Of a stretch of DNA of 64,000 nt, positions 36,790-45,057 are shown piece after piece. Each line of letters opens with the position of its first letter. Position 1 is the first letter of the stretch. The notes under the pieces are model-generated. The model was not told the DNA's origin. It worked only from the letters and a program-made list of their open reading frames with translations, and searched no databases. The translations under genes and the position numbers were made by a program. Location of the stretch: contig JAFWMT010000003.1 of NCBI GenBank assembly GCA_017545525.1, positions 60,694-124,693 on the forward strand, read 5' to 3'. The stretch is from Candidatus Saccharimonadota bacterium (GTDB taxonomy: Bacteria; Patescibacteriota; Saccharimonadia; Saccharimonadales; Saccharimonadaceae).

Positions 36790-37382
36790 GCTTCTTCTTG
36801 TTCAGTTTCGGAAGGAGAGAAACCTGGTTGTTTTTCGCGGAAAGGATTGACGAAGTTTGGGATAAAATCTTCTTTTTCGGCACGAGCTTTTAAAACTTTT
36901 TCTTCATCTTTAATGATAACTTTGTAGTCGGTAATCTCAACGATTTCTTTTCTGGAGATAGTAAGTTCGGGATCAAGGAAAGATTTCAAAGTTGGACGCT
37001 TAACGATGAGCTGTTGGATGACGAAATCTTCTGAAGTAACAGTGTAGTCTTCGACGTGACCGAGCTTAGAGCCTTTTTTGGTTTCGACTTTAAGGTTGAT
37101 GAGGTTAAAATTTAGTTTTAAAATATCTGAAATTTTAACGACATCGTCATCGGCGATGAGTTCTTCTACGCTATCTATAACCATGCCGAGATTAGAATAT
37201 TCGCGAATTGATTCTACAGCTAAAAGATTATTTGCTCTATCAACGAGTGGGCCTTGAAGGCGGAAGGCGATGATTTTAAGATTGTCGGGGTTAACGATGG
37301 GTTCGGTGATGAAACCGACAGGGGCGCCAGTCTGGACGCTAAGTACTGGTACGTTTAAGAGTCGAGAGCGATAAACTAACAT
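36786..37382 (-). CDS. double PRC-barrel domain protein
   Basis: LLNVPVLSVQTG.PVG...I..D...I.AF and a second similar half. Confidence 0.5.
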   Translation of the reverse strand: MLVYRSRLLNVPVLSVQTGAPVGFITEPIVNPDNLKIIAFRLQGPLVDRANNLLAVESIREYSNLGMVIDSVEELIADDDVVKISDILKLNFNLINLKVETKKGSKLGHVEDYTVTSEDFVIQQLIVKRPTLKSFLDPELTISRKEIVEITDYKVIIKDEEKVLKARAEKEDFIPNFVNPFREKQPGFSPSETEQEEA

Positions 37383-37386
37383 AAGT

Positions 37387-38097
37387 CTATTGTAGCATAA
37401 TAGTGTCTTTAACGCTATAATTGCCAACAGAAATACGGCGAAGGGCAGTGAGGTAGGCGCCGGTGCCGAGTTTTTTGCCGATATCTTCGGCGAGAGTTCT
37501 AATATAAGTGCCAGAGCTGCAATGGACTTTAATTTTGAGTTCGGGATAATTGTAGTCTAGAATTTCAATACTATAAATTGTGACTTTTCTAGTCGGAGTT
37601 TCAAAGTCTTTGCCTTTTCTGGCGAGTTTGTAGGCTCTTTCGCCGTTGATTTTGACGGCGCTGAATCTCGGGACTTGTTGGCTGATTTCACCATTGAACG
37701 AGTAGAGAATAGATTCAACAATATTCCGTTCGGGGCCGCGTCCGGCCGGCCCGTCGCCACGGGCGGCCGGCGCTATAACTCGCGCTGCCGCGCTCCGTAA
37801 TACCCCTTCACTGGAATATTGTTGAATTTCTCCTTCAGGGTCGCCGGTGGTGGAAGTGTAGCCGAGCTTTAGGGTAGCTTCGTAGACTTTGTCGAGCTTC
37901 AAAAATTCGTTGGATTTTTTGGTCATTTTGCCGGTTAATAAAATTAGGAGTCCAGTCGCAAAAGGGTCTAGCGTACCAGTATGGCCGACTTTTATTTTAT
38001 GGCCAAGTTCAGCTTTCAATTTCCCGCGAACTTTAGCGACGACGCCGAAACTGGAAATACCGGCAGGTTTGTCAATGAGAATAATCTGGTCTTCCAT
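37387..38097 (-). CDS. truB: tRNA pseudouridine-55 synthase carrying a ~25-aa A/R/G/P-rich insertion
   Basis: IDKPAGISS..., GHTGTLDPFATGLL catalytic motif, CSSGTYIR. Confidence 0.9.
   Translation of the reverse strand: MEDQIILIDKPAGISSFGVVAKVRGKLKAELGHKIKVGHTGTLDPFATGLLILLTGKMTKKSNEFLKLDKVYEATLKLGYTSTTGDPEGEIQQYSSEGVLRSAAARVIAPAARGDGPAGRGPERNIVESILYSFNGEISQQVPRFSAVKINGERAYKLARKGKDFETPTRKVTIYSIEILDYNYPELKIKVHCSSGTYIRTLAEDIGKKLGTGAYLTALRRISVGNYSVKDTIMLQ
37713..37827 (+). repeat. GC-rich in-frame insertion bounded by inverted repeats (element B, in truB)
   Basis: Arms attcaacaatattcc / ggaatattgttgaat (15 bp perfect). 85-nt very GC-rich core with the hairpin cccgt-cgcc-acggg. Confidence 0.8.
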
Positions 38098-38190
38098 ATC
38101 TTTATTATACCATTGATAACAGATATGAGAAAAAATTGAATGCCATGAAAATCTTATGATATAATGAAATTAGTTAAACGGAGGAACAAT

Positions 38191-38880
38191 ATGAAAAAAT
38201 ATTTTGCCGAATTTATCGGTACCATGGTTTTGGTGCTGATTGGTTGTGGCACGGCAATGGCAGTAGGATGTGATCCGGCGAATGGGAGCGGGTACATTTT
38301 GACGGCTTTTGCGTTTGGGTTGGGCCTGATTACGATGGCTTATAGCATCGGGAATATTTCAGGATGCCATATTAATCCAGCAGTGTCGCTTGGGATGTTA
38401 ATTTCGAAAAGAATTTCTGTGAAAGATTTCTGGGGATATATTGCTTTCCAAATTTTAGGAGCGTTAGCTGGAGCTGGGCTTTTAGCGTTAATCTTCAATG
38501 GATCAGGTATTGTAGACATGACGGGAGCTTATGGCTCAAATGGACTAGCCGGTGTTAATGGTGATATGGGTATTGGCGTTCTAGTTGAAATATTACTAAC
38601 GTTTGTCTTTGTACTTTCTGTACTTGGCGTGACTTCGGAAAAAGCCAAACATGGTCATGTAGCGGGGGTAGTGATTGCTTTCTCACTAGTTGCGGTACAT
38701 ATTCTAGGGATTGGCTTAACGGGAACGAGTGTAAACCCAGCAAGATCGCTTGGGCCAGCAATTGTTTCGGCGTTTAGCGGTAGCGGAGCGGCGCTTGGCG
38801 TAGTTTGGGTATTTATCGTTGGACCATTAGTAGGCGGAGCTTTGGCGGCGTATACTTATAAGATGTTAGAGAAGAAATAG
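38191..38880 (+). CDS. MIP-family aquaporin/glycerol facilitator
   Basis: Two NPA boxes (HINPAVS, SVNPARS). Six TM helices. SD ggagga. Confidence 0.88.
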   Translation: MKKYFAEFIGTMVLVLIGCGTAMAVGCDPANGSGYILTAFAFGLGLITMAYSIGNISGCHINPAVSLGMLISKRISVKDFWGYIAFQILGALAGAGLLALIFNGSGIVDMTGAYGSNGLAGVNGDMGIGVLVEILLTFVFVLSVLGVTSEKAKHGHVAGVVIAFSLVAVHILGIGLTGTSVNPARSLGPAIVSAFSGSGAALGVVWVFIVGPLVGGALAAYTYKMLEKK

Positions 38881-38927
38881 TGCTAATAGGGGTTCACAGA
38901 TGAGGGGATTTGTGGTATAATGGGGCA

Positions 38928-39194
38928 ATGATAACAAAAGAGAATAAGGACAAGGCTATTGCCAAGGTTGCTCGTAATAAAGCGGACGTTGGTTCTCCTG
39001 AAGTTCAAGTTTCGATTCTAACGGAGCGGATTAAAGAAGTAACCGCGCACGTAAAGAATAACAAACATGACTTTATGGCCAAAAGAGGTTTAATGCAGAT
39101 GGTAGGGAAGCGAAAGAAATTGCTGCGCTATCTTGAAGAGACCGATTTTGAGCTATATAAGAAGACTGTGAAGAAGCTCGGCCTCAGGAAATAA
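38928..39194 (+). CDS. rpsO: ribosomal protein uS15
   Basis: GSPEVQVSILTERI..L..H.K.NKHD..S.RGL..MV.KR..LL.YL. Start 6 nt after TGGTATAAT. Confidence 0.9.
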   Translation: MITKENKDKAIAKVARNKADVGSPEVQVSILTERIKEVTAHVKNNKHDFMAKRGLMQMVGKRKKLLRYLEETDFELYKKTVKKLGLRK

Positions 39195-39208
39195 ATTAGC
39201 AAGAGAAA

Positions 39209-39235
39209 ACCCGTCGGTTAAACCGGCGGGTTTTT
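39209..39235. terminator. bidirectional intrinsic terminator
   Basis: acccgtcggtt-aa-accggcgggt flanked by A- and T-runs, between convergent rpsO and the alarmone synthetase gene. Confidence 0.75.
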
Positions 39236-39244
39236 GTATGGGAC

Positions 39245-39880
39245 TTATGAATCGCGGAGTTTGATGGCTTTTTCCTCAACTTTAGTGAGGGCATCAGCAA
39301 GCTCACGAAACATTTTCTCGATTTTTTCCCGTTTTTCTTCGGGAAGATTGGCATTTTTATACTTAAGACTATGTTCGATAGTAGCCCAGAAATCCATCGC
39401 TTTGTCGCGGATTTGGATTTCGATGGGGAACTTTTTGGATCCGAAGCCTGGATAGAAGATATTAACCTCGATGTGGAGGTGATAACTACTATATCCATTT
39501 GGCTTTGGATTCTTGACATAGTCTTTTTCGTCTAAAATGACGAAATCTGGGAATTGGTGGAGAATTTCCACCACCCGATAGATATCGTCGCGGAAAGCCG
39601 TAGTGATACGGATGCCGGCGATATCGAGGATATTCTTCTTAACACTTTCGAGCGTAAAAGGATGACCTTTTCGGCCACACTTTTCTTCAACGGATCCGTA
39701 TTCTTTGATGCGAGATTCATATTGCTCAAAAGGATTTCTTCCCTCGGAACGTTCCATCGAGCGATCCATAATTTCAATGGAAGCCATGGCCTTATTCATT
39801 GCATCTTCGTATTCGATGGCAAGGGCCTCATAGTCTTCCTCTGTCAATAAATTTAAGTTGCTTTTTTCTGTTTCTTGCAT
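39245..39880 (-). CDS. small alarmone synthetase (RelQ/RelP-type GTP pyrophosphokinase)
   Basis: DIAGIRITT, GYSSYHL and EIQIRD.AMDFWA..EH motifs. Single domain, 211 aa. Confidence 0.8.
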   Translation of the reverse strand: MQETEKSNLNLLTEEDYEALAIEYEDAMNKAMASIEIMDRSMERSEGRNPFEQYESRIKEYGSVEEKCGRKGHPFTLESVKKNILDIAGIRITTAFRDDIYRVVEILHQFPDFVILDEKDYVKNPKPNGYSSYHLHIEVNIFYPGFGSKKFPIEIQIRDKAMDFWATIEHSLKYKNANLPEEKREKIEKMFRELADALTKVEEKAIKLRDS

Positions 39881-40061
39881 TATTACTACCCCCGTAAAAT
39901 ATTTAGAGAGGAACAGAAACCAAACCCCTCATGTTTAATTATAGCATACTTTGCTAAAAAAGTCAATGTTTGGTATAATAAAAAGAGTAAATTAACATGG
40001 GAAGACGGCAGATATAAGATGGGGCTTATACCTGAAGTTTTCCCGAGAAAGGAACATTTTT

Positions 40062-42236
40062 ATGGATATTATTAACCCTAACGGAAAGAAGACAGTTAGA
40101 GTTTCAACAGAGTGGCTGGGGCGGGAGTTGACTCTAGAGGTAAACAGGGTAGGTTTTAGGACGACTTCGTCGGTCTTAGTAACCTATGGAGACACCGTAG
40201 TTTTAGGTTCGGTGGTAGTGGGGACGAAGCCGGTAGTACAGGATTTCTTCCCGCTTTCAATAGATTATGAAGAGAAGTGGTATGCGGCGGGCAAGATTTC
40301 GGGCTCGCGGTTTATTAAGAGAGAGGGGAAGCCGGCGGATGAGGCAGTACTGGTTGGGCGATTAATTGATCGGCCGATTCGACCGTTATTCCCTAAGGGA
40401 TATCGTCAAGAAATACAGGTAGTTTGCACGGTTCTATCGATGGATCCGGCTTTTCGTCCAGATTGCGTGGCAATGATTGCAGCGTCGTCTGCTTTAATGA
40501 ATGCGGGAGTGCCGTTTGATGGGCCGGTAGCGGGGATTAGAATTGGGCGAGTCGGGGATGAATTTAAGGGCTTTTTGTCGCCGGAAGAGAGAGAAGTTTC
40601 GCCAATGGACCTTGTAGTAGCGTGTAAAGACGGTAAAATTATGATGGTCGAGGCGGGAATGAAAGAAGTGCCAGAAGAGATGATTATTGAGGCGATGCAA
40701 TGGGCGGTAAAGAATGTGCAACCAGCGTTAGATCTACAGAGAGAATTAGCAAAACAGGTAGCGATGCCGGAGCAGGAATATGAGCTAGTTTTGCCGTCGG
40801 AAGAGGTAATTAAAGAGGTAGCGGATTGGACGGAAGGGAAATTTGGTTTGAAGATTCGGGGGAATGTGATGGAGCGAGCGCAGGTGTTAGACGATATTAA
40901 ATATGCGATGCATGATGAATTTGCGCTCTCTAAAGGGGAGGGTGAGACGGACAATGAGAAGGTAGCATGGTATGACGAGAATTTAAGGGATGTGTATGAT
41001 CAAGCGTTTGAGTTAGCGGTATTTAAAGAGGTAAGGAGAGGGATTGTTGAGGAAGGCGTGCGTCCAGATGGACGAAAGTTGAACGAGGTGAGGCCTCTGT
41101 CGAGTCAGATTTCAATTTTGCCGAGGACACATGGTTCATCTTTGTTTACCAGAGGTGTTACTCAGGCAATGAATATAGTGACACTCGCGCCTTTGTCGTA
41201 TTCGCAAGATGTGGATACAATGGAAGTAACAGAGGGGAAAAGGCGCTATATGCATCATTATAATGCGCCATCTTATACGGTAGGAGAACCTGGGCGGATT
41301 GGTTCGCCGGGGCGACGCGAGATTGGGCATGGATATTTGGCGGAGAGAGCGTTAATCCCGGTTTTGCCTTCGGAAGAAGAATTTCCTTACGCGATTCGTT
41401 CGGTGACTGAAATTATGTCGCAAAATGGTTCGACTTCGATGGCGGCAACTTGTTCGTCTTGTATGGCGTTAATGGATGCGGGGGTGCCGATTAAGCGACC
41501 AGTTTCGGGGGTAGCGATGGGACTAATGGTAGATGTGCCTAAGGGGTCTGAGATTACGGCGAAAGATGTTGATAAGGCATATGTTCTAACCGATTTGATG
41601 GATGCGGAAGATTTTGCAGGCGATATGGACTTTAAAGTCACAGGGACTAAAGAGGGTGTAACGGCCTTGCAGATGGATATGAAAGTGCATGGGCTGCCGG
41701 TAGAAATTATGGAAAAGGCTTTGAAACAGTCGCATGAGGGTAGGATGTTCATTCTAGAGCATTTAGTTTCGGTGATTGCGGAGCCGAGGAAAGAGATTTC
41801 GCCGTATGCGCCAAGAATTGAGAAATTGATGATTTCGCCAGATAAGATTGGGGCGGTGATTGGTAAAGGTGGCGAAATGATTAATAAGATTACGACAGAA
41901 ACTGGGGCGGAAGTAGATATTGAGGATTCGGGGTTGGTGACGGTATCGGGAAGTGATCCAGAAAGAATTCAAAAAGCATTAGATTGGATTAAATCGTTAA
42001 CTGAGGAACCGGAAGTAGGAAAAATTTATGAGGGAACGGTGGTTTCGATTAAAGATTTCGGAGCATTTGTAAATATTATGCCTGGAATTGATGGGATGTT
42101 GCATATTTCGCAAATTACAGATAAGAAGCGTCTGAAGAAGGTAGAAGAAGTTTTGCACGTAGGGGACAAAGTGAAAGTACGATTAGTGGCGATTGATCAT
42201 GGAAAATTGAGTTTATCGATGATAAACGTAAAATAA
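40062..42236 (+). CDS. pnp: polynucleotide phosphorylase
   Basis: Two RNase PH domains, KH (GKGGEMINKI) and S1 (GTVVSIKDFGAFV). Confidence 0.95.
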   Translation: MDIINPNGKKTVRVSTEWLGRELTLEVNRVGFRTTSSVLVTYGDTVVLGSVVVGTKPVVQDFFPLSIDYEEKWYAAGKISGSRFIKREGKPADEAVLVGRLIDRPIRPLFPKGYRQEIQVVCTVLSMDPAFRPDCVAMIAASSALMNAGVPFDGPVAGIRIGRVGDEFKGFLSPEEREVSPMDLVVACKDGKIMMVEAGMKEVPEEMIIEAMQWAVKNVQPALDLQRELAKQVAMPEQEYELVLPSEEVIKEVADWTEGKFGLKIRGNVMERAQVLDDIKYAMHDEFALSKGEGETDNEKVAWYDENLRDVYDQAFELAVFKEVRRGIVEEGVRPDGRKLNEVRPLSSQISILPRTHGSSLFTRGVTQAMNIVTLAPLSYSQDVDTMEVTEGKRRYMHHYNAPSYTVGEPGRIGSPGRREIGHGYLAERALIPVLPSEEEFPYAIRSVTEIMSQNGSTSMAATCSSCMALMDAGVPIKRPVSGVAMGLMVDVPKGSEITAKDVDKAYVLTDLMDAEDFAGDMDFKVTGTKEGVTALQMDMKVHGLPVEIMEKALKQSHEGRMFILEHLVSVIAEPRKEISPYAPRIEKLMISPDKIGAVIGKGGEMINKITTETGAEVDIEDSGLVTVSGSDPERIQKALDWIKSLTEEPEVGKIYEGTVVSIKDFGAFVNIMPGIDGMLHISQITDKKRLKKVEEVLHVGDKVKVRLVAIDHGKLSLSMINVK

Positions 42237-42244
42237 TTGGGGTT

Positions 42245-44086
42245 ATGGATAAGATTCGAAATTTTTGTATTATTGCGCATATCGATCACGGGAAATCGAC
42301 GATTGCTGATCGGATGATGGAACTAACGGGGACGGTGGAAAAAAGAGAGATGAAGGAGCAGCTACTTGATTCGATGGAATTGGAACGCGAAAAAGGGATT
42401 ACGATTAAGCTTGCGCCGGTGACGATGAAGTGGAAGGGATATACGCTGAATTTGATTGATACGCCGGGGCATGTGGATTTTTCGTATGAGGTTTCGCGGT
42501 CGCTGGCGGCGGTAGAAATTGCAGTTTTAGTAGTTGATGCGACACAGGGGATTCAGGCGCAAACTTTGGCGAATGTTTATCTAGCTTTAGAACAGAATCT
42601 AAAGATTATTCCGGTGATTAATAAAATTGATTTGCCGGCGGCGGATGTAGAAGGGGTGGCGGCGCAGATTATGAATTTGCTTGGATGTAAGCGTGAGGAA
42701 ATTGTCGAAGCGAGTGGTAAAACTGGGTTTGGCGTAGATAAATTATTGGATGAAATTATAAAACACGAGCCGATGATTGTTTCGTCGCCGGAGTCCTCGC
42801 GCCTGTCTTCACAGGGCTCGGCTCCTATGGCTCGACAGCAGTCTGCGCAATGCGCCGGAACAACATCGTCTCGTGCTCTTATTTTCGATTCGTATTTTGA
42901 CGATTATCGAGGGGTGGTGCTTTATGTGAGGGTATTTGAGGGAGAGATTAGAAAAAATGCGGAAATTTTGATGATGGCGGCGGGAGCGAAGGGTTTGGCG
43001 CTTGAAGTTGGAGTATTGACGCCGAAAATGACCCCGCGAGAAAAATTATCGGCGGGAGAGATTGGCTATATTGTGACAAACTTAAAGACAACTAGAGAAG
43101 CGAAAGTTGGTGATACAGTTACGTTAGCAGAAAAGCCAGCTTTAGAGTCGCTGCCTGGTTACAAGAATGTGTTGCCGTTTGTTTATGCGGGATTTTTCCC
43201 AGTTTCGAATGATCAATATAAAGATTTAAAGGAAGCAGTGGAAAAATTGGCGTTGTCGGATTCGGCGCTTCGGTTTGAGCCGGAGAATTCGCCAGTTTTA
43301 GGGTTTGGACTGAGGATTGGCTTTTTAGGACTCTTGCATATGGATATTATTAAAGAACGACTAGAACGAGAGTTTAATTTAGATTTGATTGTAACGAATC
43401 CATCGACTAACTACGAAGTTTTAATGAACAATAGTGAGGTGATTGAAATTAAGTCGGCTGCGGATTTGCCGGATATGAGTGAGATAAGTGAAATCAGAGA
43501 GCCGTGGGTAAAAGGAGAAATTATTTTACCGAAATCAATGATTGGCAATGTTCTAAATTTAATCAACGAAAAGCGTGGGCATCAGACGAATCTTGGTTAT
43601 ATTGAAGAAAGGGCAGTAATTGATTTTGAGGCGCCGATGGCAAATTTATTGACAGATTTTTATGATCAGCTAAAGTCGGCGACTTCTGGTTATGCGTCGT
43701 TTAATTATGAATTGAACGGTTATCGGACGGAAGATTTGGTGAGAATAGATTTTTTGGTTGGAGGGCATAAAATTGATGCGTTGTCGGTAATGGCGCATCG
43801 GAGCGAGGCGGAAAGAATTGGGCGTGAGGTGACAAAGAAATTAAAAGCGATTATTCCGAGACAGAATTATGAAGTGGCTTTGCAAGCGGCGATTGGAGCA
43901 AGAATTATAGCGCGGGAAACGATTGGGGCTTATCGGAAAGACGTAACAGTAAAGATTCATACAGGAGACAGGGATAGGAAGGCGAAATTACTTGAGAAGC
44001 AGAAACGCGGAAAAGCGCGCATGAAAAGGTTTGGCAAAATTGATATACCGTCCGAAGCATTTACGGTGATGTTAAAAAGAGATTAG
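42245..44086 (+). CDS. lepA: translation factor EF4 (LepA) carrying a ~25-aa S/A/Q-rich insertion
   Basis: IRNFCIIAHIDHGKST, DTPGHVDF, NKID, and the conserved C-terminal LepA domain. Confidence 0.95.
   Translation: MDKIRNFCIIAHIDHGKSTIADRMMELTGTVEKREMKEQLLDSMELEREKGITIKLAPVTMKWKGYTLNLIDTPGHVDFSYEVSRSLAAVEIAVLVVDATQGIQAQTLANVYLALEQNLKIIPVINKIDLPAADVEGVAAQIMNLLGCKREEIVEASGKTGFGVDKLLDEIIKHEPMIVSSPESSRLSSQGSAPMARQQSAQCAGTTSSRALIFDSYFDDYRGVVLYVRVFEGEIRKNAEILMMAAGAKGLALEVGVLTPKMTPREKLSAGEIGYIVTNLKTTREAKVGDTVTLAEKPALESLPGYKNVLPFVYAGFFPVSNDQYKDLKEAVEKLALSDSALRFEPENSPVLGFGLRIGFLGLLHMDIIKERLEREFNLDLIVTNPSTNYEVLMNNSEVIEIKSAADLPDMSEISEIREPWVKGEIILPKSMIGNVLNLINEKRGHQTNLGYIEERAVIDFEAPMANLLTDFYDQLKSATSGYASFNYELNGYRTEDLVRIDFLVGGHKIDALSVMAHRSEAERIGREVTKKLKAIIPRQNYEVALQAAIGARIIARETIGAYRKDVTVKIHTGDRDRKAKLLEKQKRGKARMKRFGKIDIPSEAFTVMLKRD
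42764..42875 (+). repeat. GC-rich in-frame insertion bounded by imperfect inverted repeats (element C, in lepA)
   Basis: Arms cacgagccgatgattgtt / aacaacatcgtctcgtg. 77-nt GC-rich core with the hairpin cctgt-cttc-acagg and the ctcgacagcagtctgcg block resembling element A. Confidence 0.75.
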
Positions 44087-44123
44087 CTATTATTTTTCGG
44101 AAAAAATGTATATAATATATAGT

Positions 44124-44618
44124 ATGAAACGCATTTTAGTCGTAATGGCGGTTTTTATGGTTGGCTTGTTAATTTTGCCGGTATCGGTAAGAGCGGACGA
44201 AAAACAGGCGGCGATTTCTGATAATTGTGGGACGATTAAGGAAAATTTGAAGAAAGTGCAGAAACAGGATGCGCGGACGAGAGTCTATCTTGGGGGATAT
44301 TATGAGAAAATTTTATCTAAATTTATGATACCGCTAAATGTACGTTTAGTTGAAAATAATTTGGCGAATGCGAAATTAACGGAAAATCAGAATAATTTTG
44401 CAGATGCGAAAATTTTGTTTATGAATGATTATGTAGATTATCAACAAGGTCTGGAAGAGTTAGTGATGATGGATTGTAAAAATGAGTCGGAAAGTTTTTA
44501 TAAAAAATTGATGAAAGTAAGAGAAGAGAGGGAAGTTGTGAATCGAGATGTTGCGACAATGCGAAAAATAATTAGTGAACACATGAAATTAGTGAAAGAA
44601 TTAAAGGGTAAGCTATAA
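44124..44618 (+). CDS. secreted helical hypothetical protein
   Basis: Signal peptide MKRILVVMAVFMVGLLILPVSVRA. Start 7 nt after TATAAT. Confidence 0.5.
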   Translation: MKRILVVMAVFMVGLLILPVSVRADEKQAAISDNCGTIKENLKKVQKQDARTRVYLGGYYEKILSKFMIPLNVRLVENNLANAKLTENQNNFADAKILFMNDYVDYQQGLEELVMMDCKNESESFYKKLMKVREEREVVNRDVATMRKIISEHMKLVKELKGKL

Positions 44619-45022
44619 TGGAAAAGATGGACGAAGTACAGGAACAGAAGGAAAAAAAATACACGAAAGGTGGTTGGAATTTGTTAGTGTTAGGGATTAT
44701 TGCAATTGTAATTGCGACAGCTACAACTGGTGTGAGTTTGATGATTTATCATAATTCTGGAGATATATATCTAGATCGTTCGCGTCCTGGGTTTTTGCCG
44801 GATGAAGAGGAGATTGAGGAAGAAGAAGTAAAAGAAGAGGAATACAATTTTTCCAAAACGGGGAAGATGTCGGCGGAAGTGGTAAATGAATATTTAAAGA
44901 ATTTAGAGGAAGAGGTGAAAGCAATAGATGATTATGAAAAGCCATTTGAAAAAGAAGCACTGTCGGATGAACATTTGGGGATACCGATAGAAAGCGAAAG
45001 TTCGGCGGAGGAGGAAGAGTAA
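44618..45022 (+). CDS. bitopic acidic hypothetical protein
   Basis: ATG overlaps the upstream stop. One TM helix. E-rich. Confidence 0.5.
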   Translation: MEKMDEVQEQKEKKYTKGGWNLLVLGIIAIVIATATTGVSLMIYHNSGDIYLDRSRPGFLPDEEEIEEEEVKEEEYNFSKTGKMSAEVVNEYLKNLEEEVKAIDDYEKPFEKEALSDEHLGIPIESESSAEEEE

Positions 45023-45057
45023 ACTTGCTTTTTTAACTAGAAAAGCTTATACTTTAA

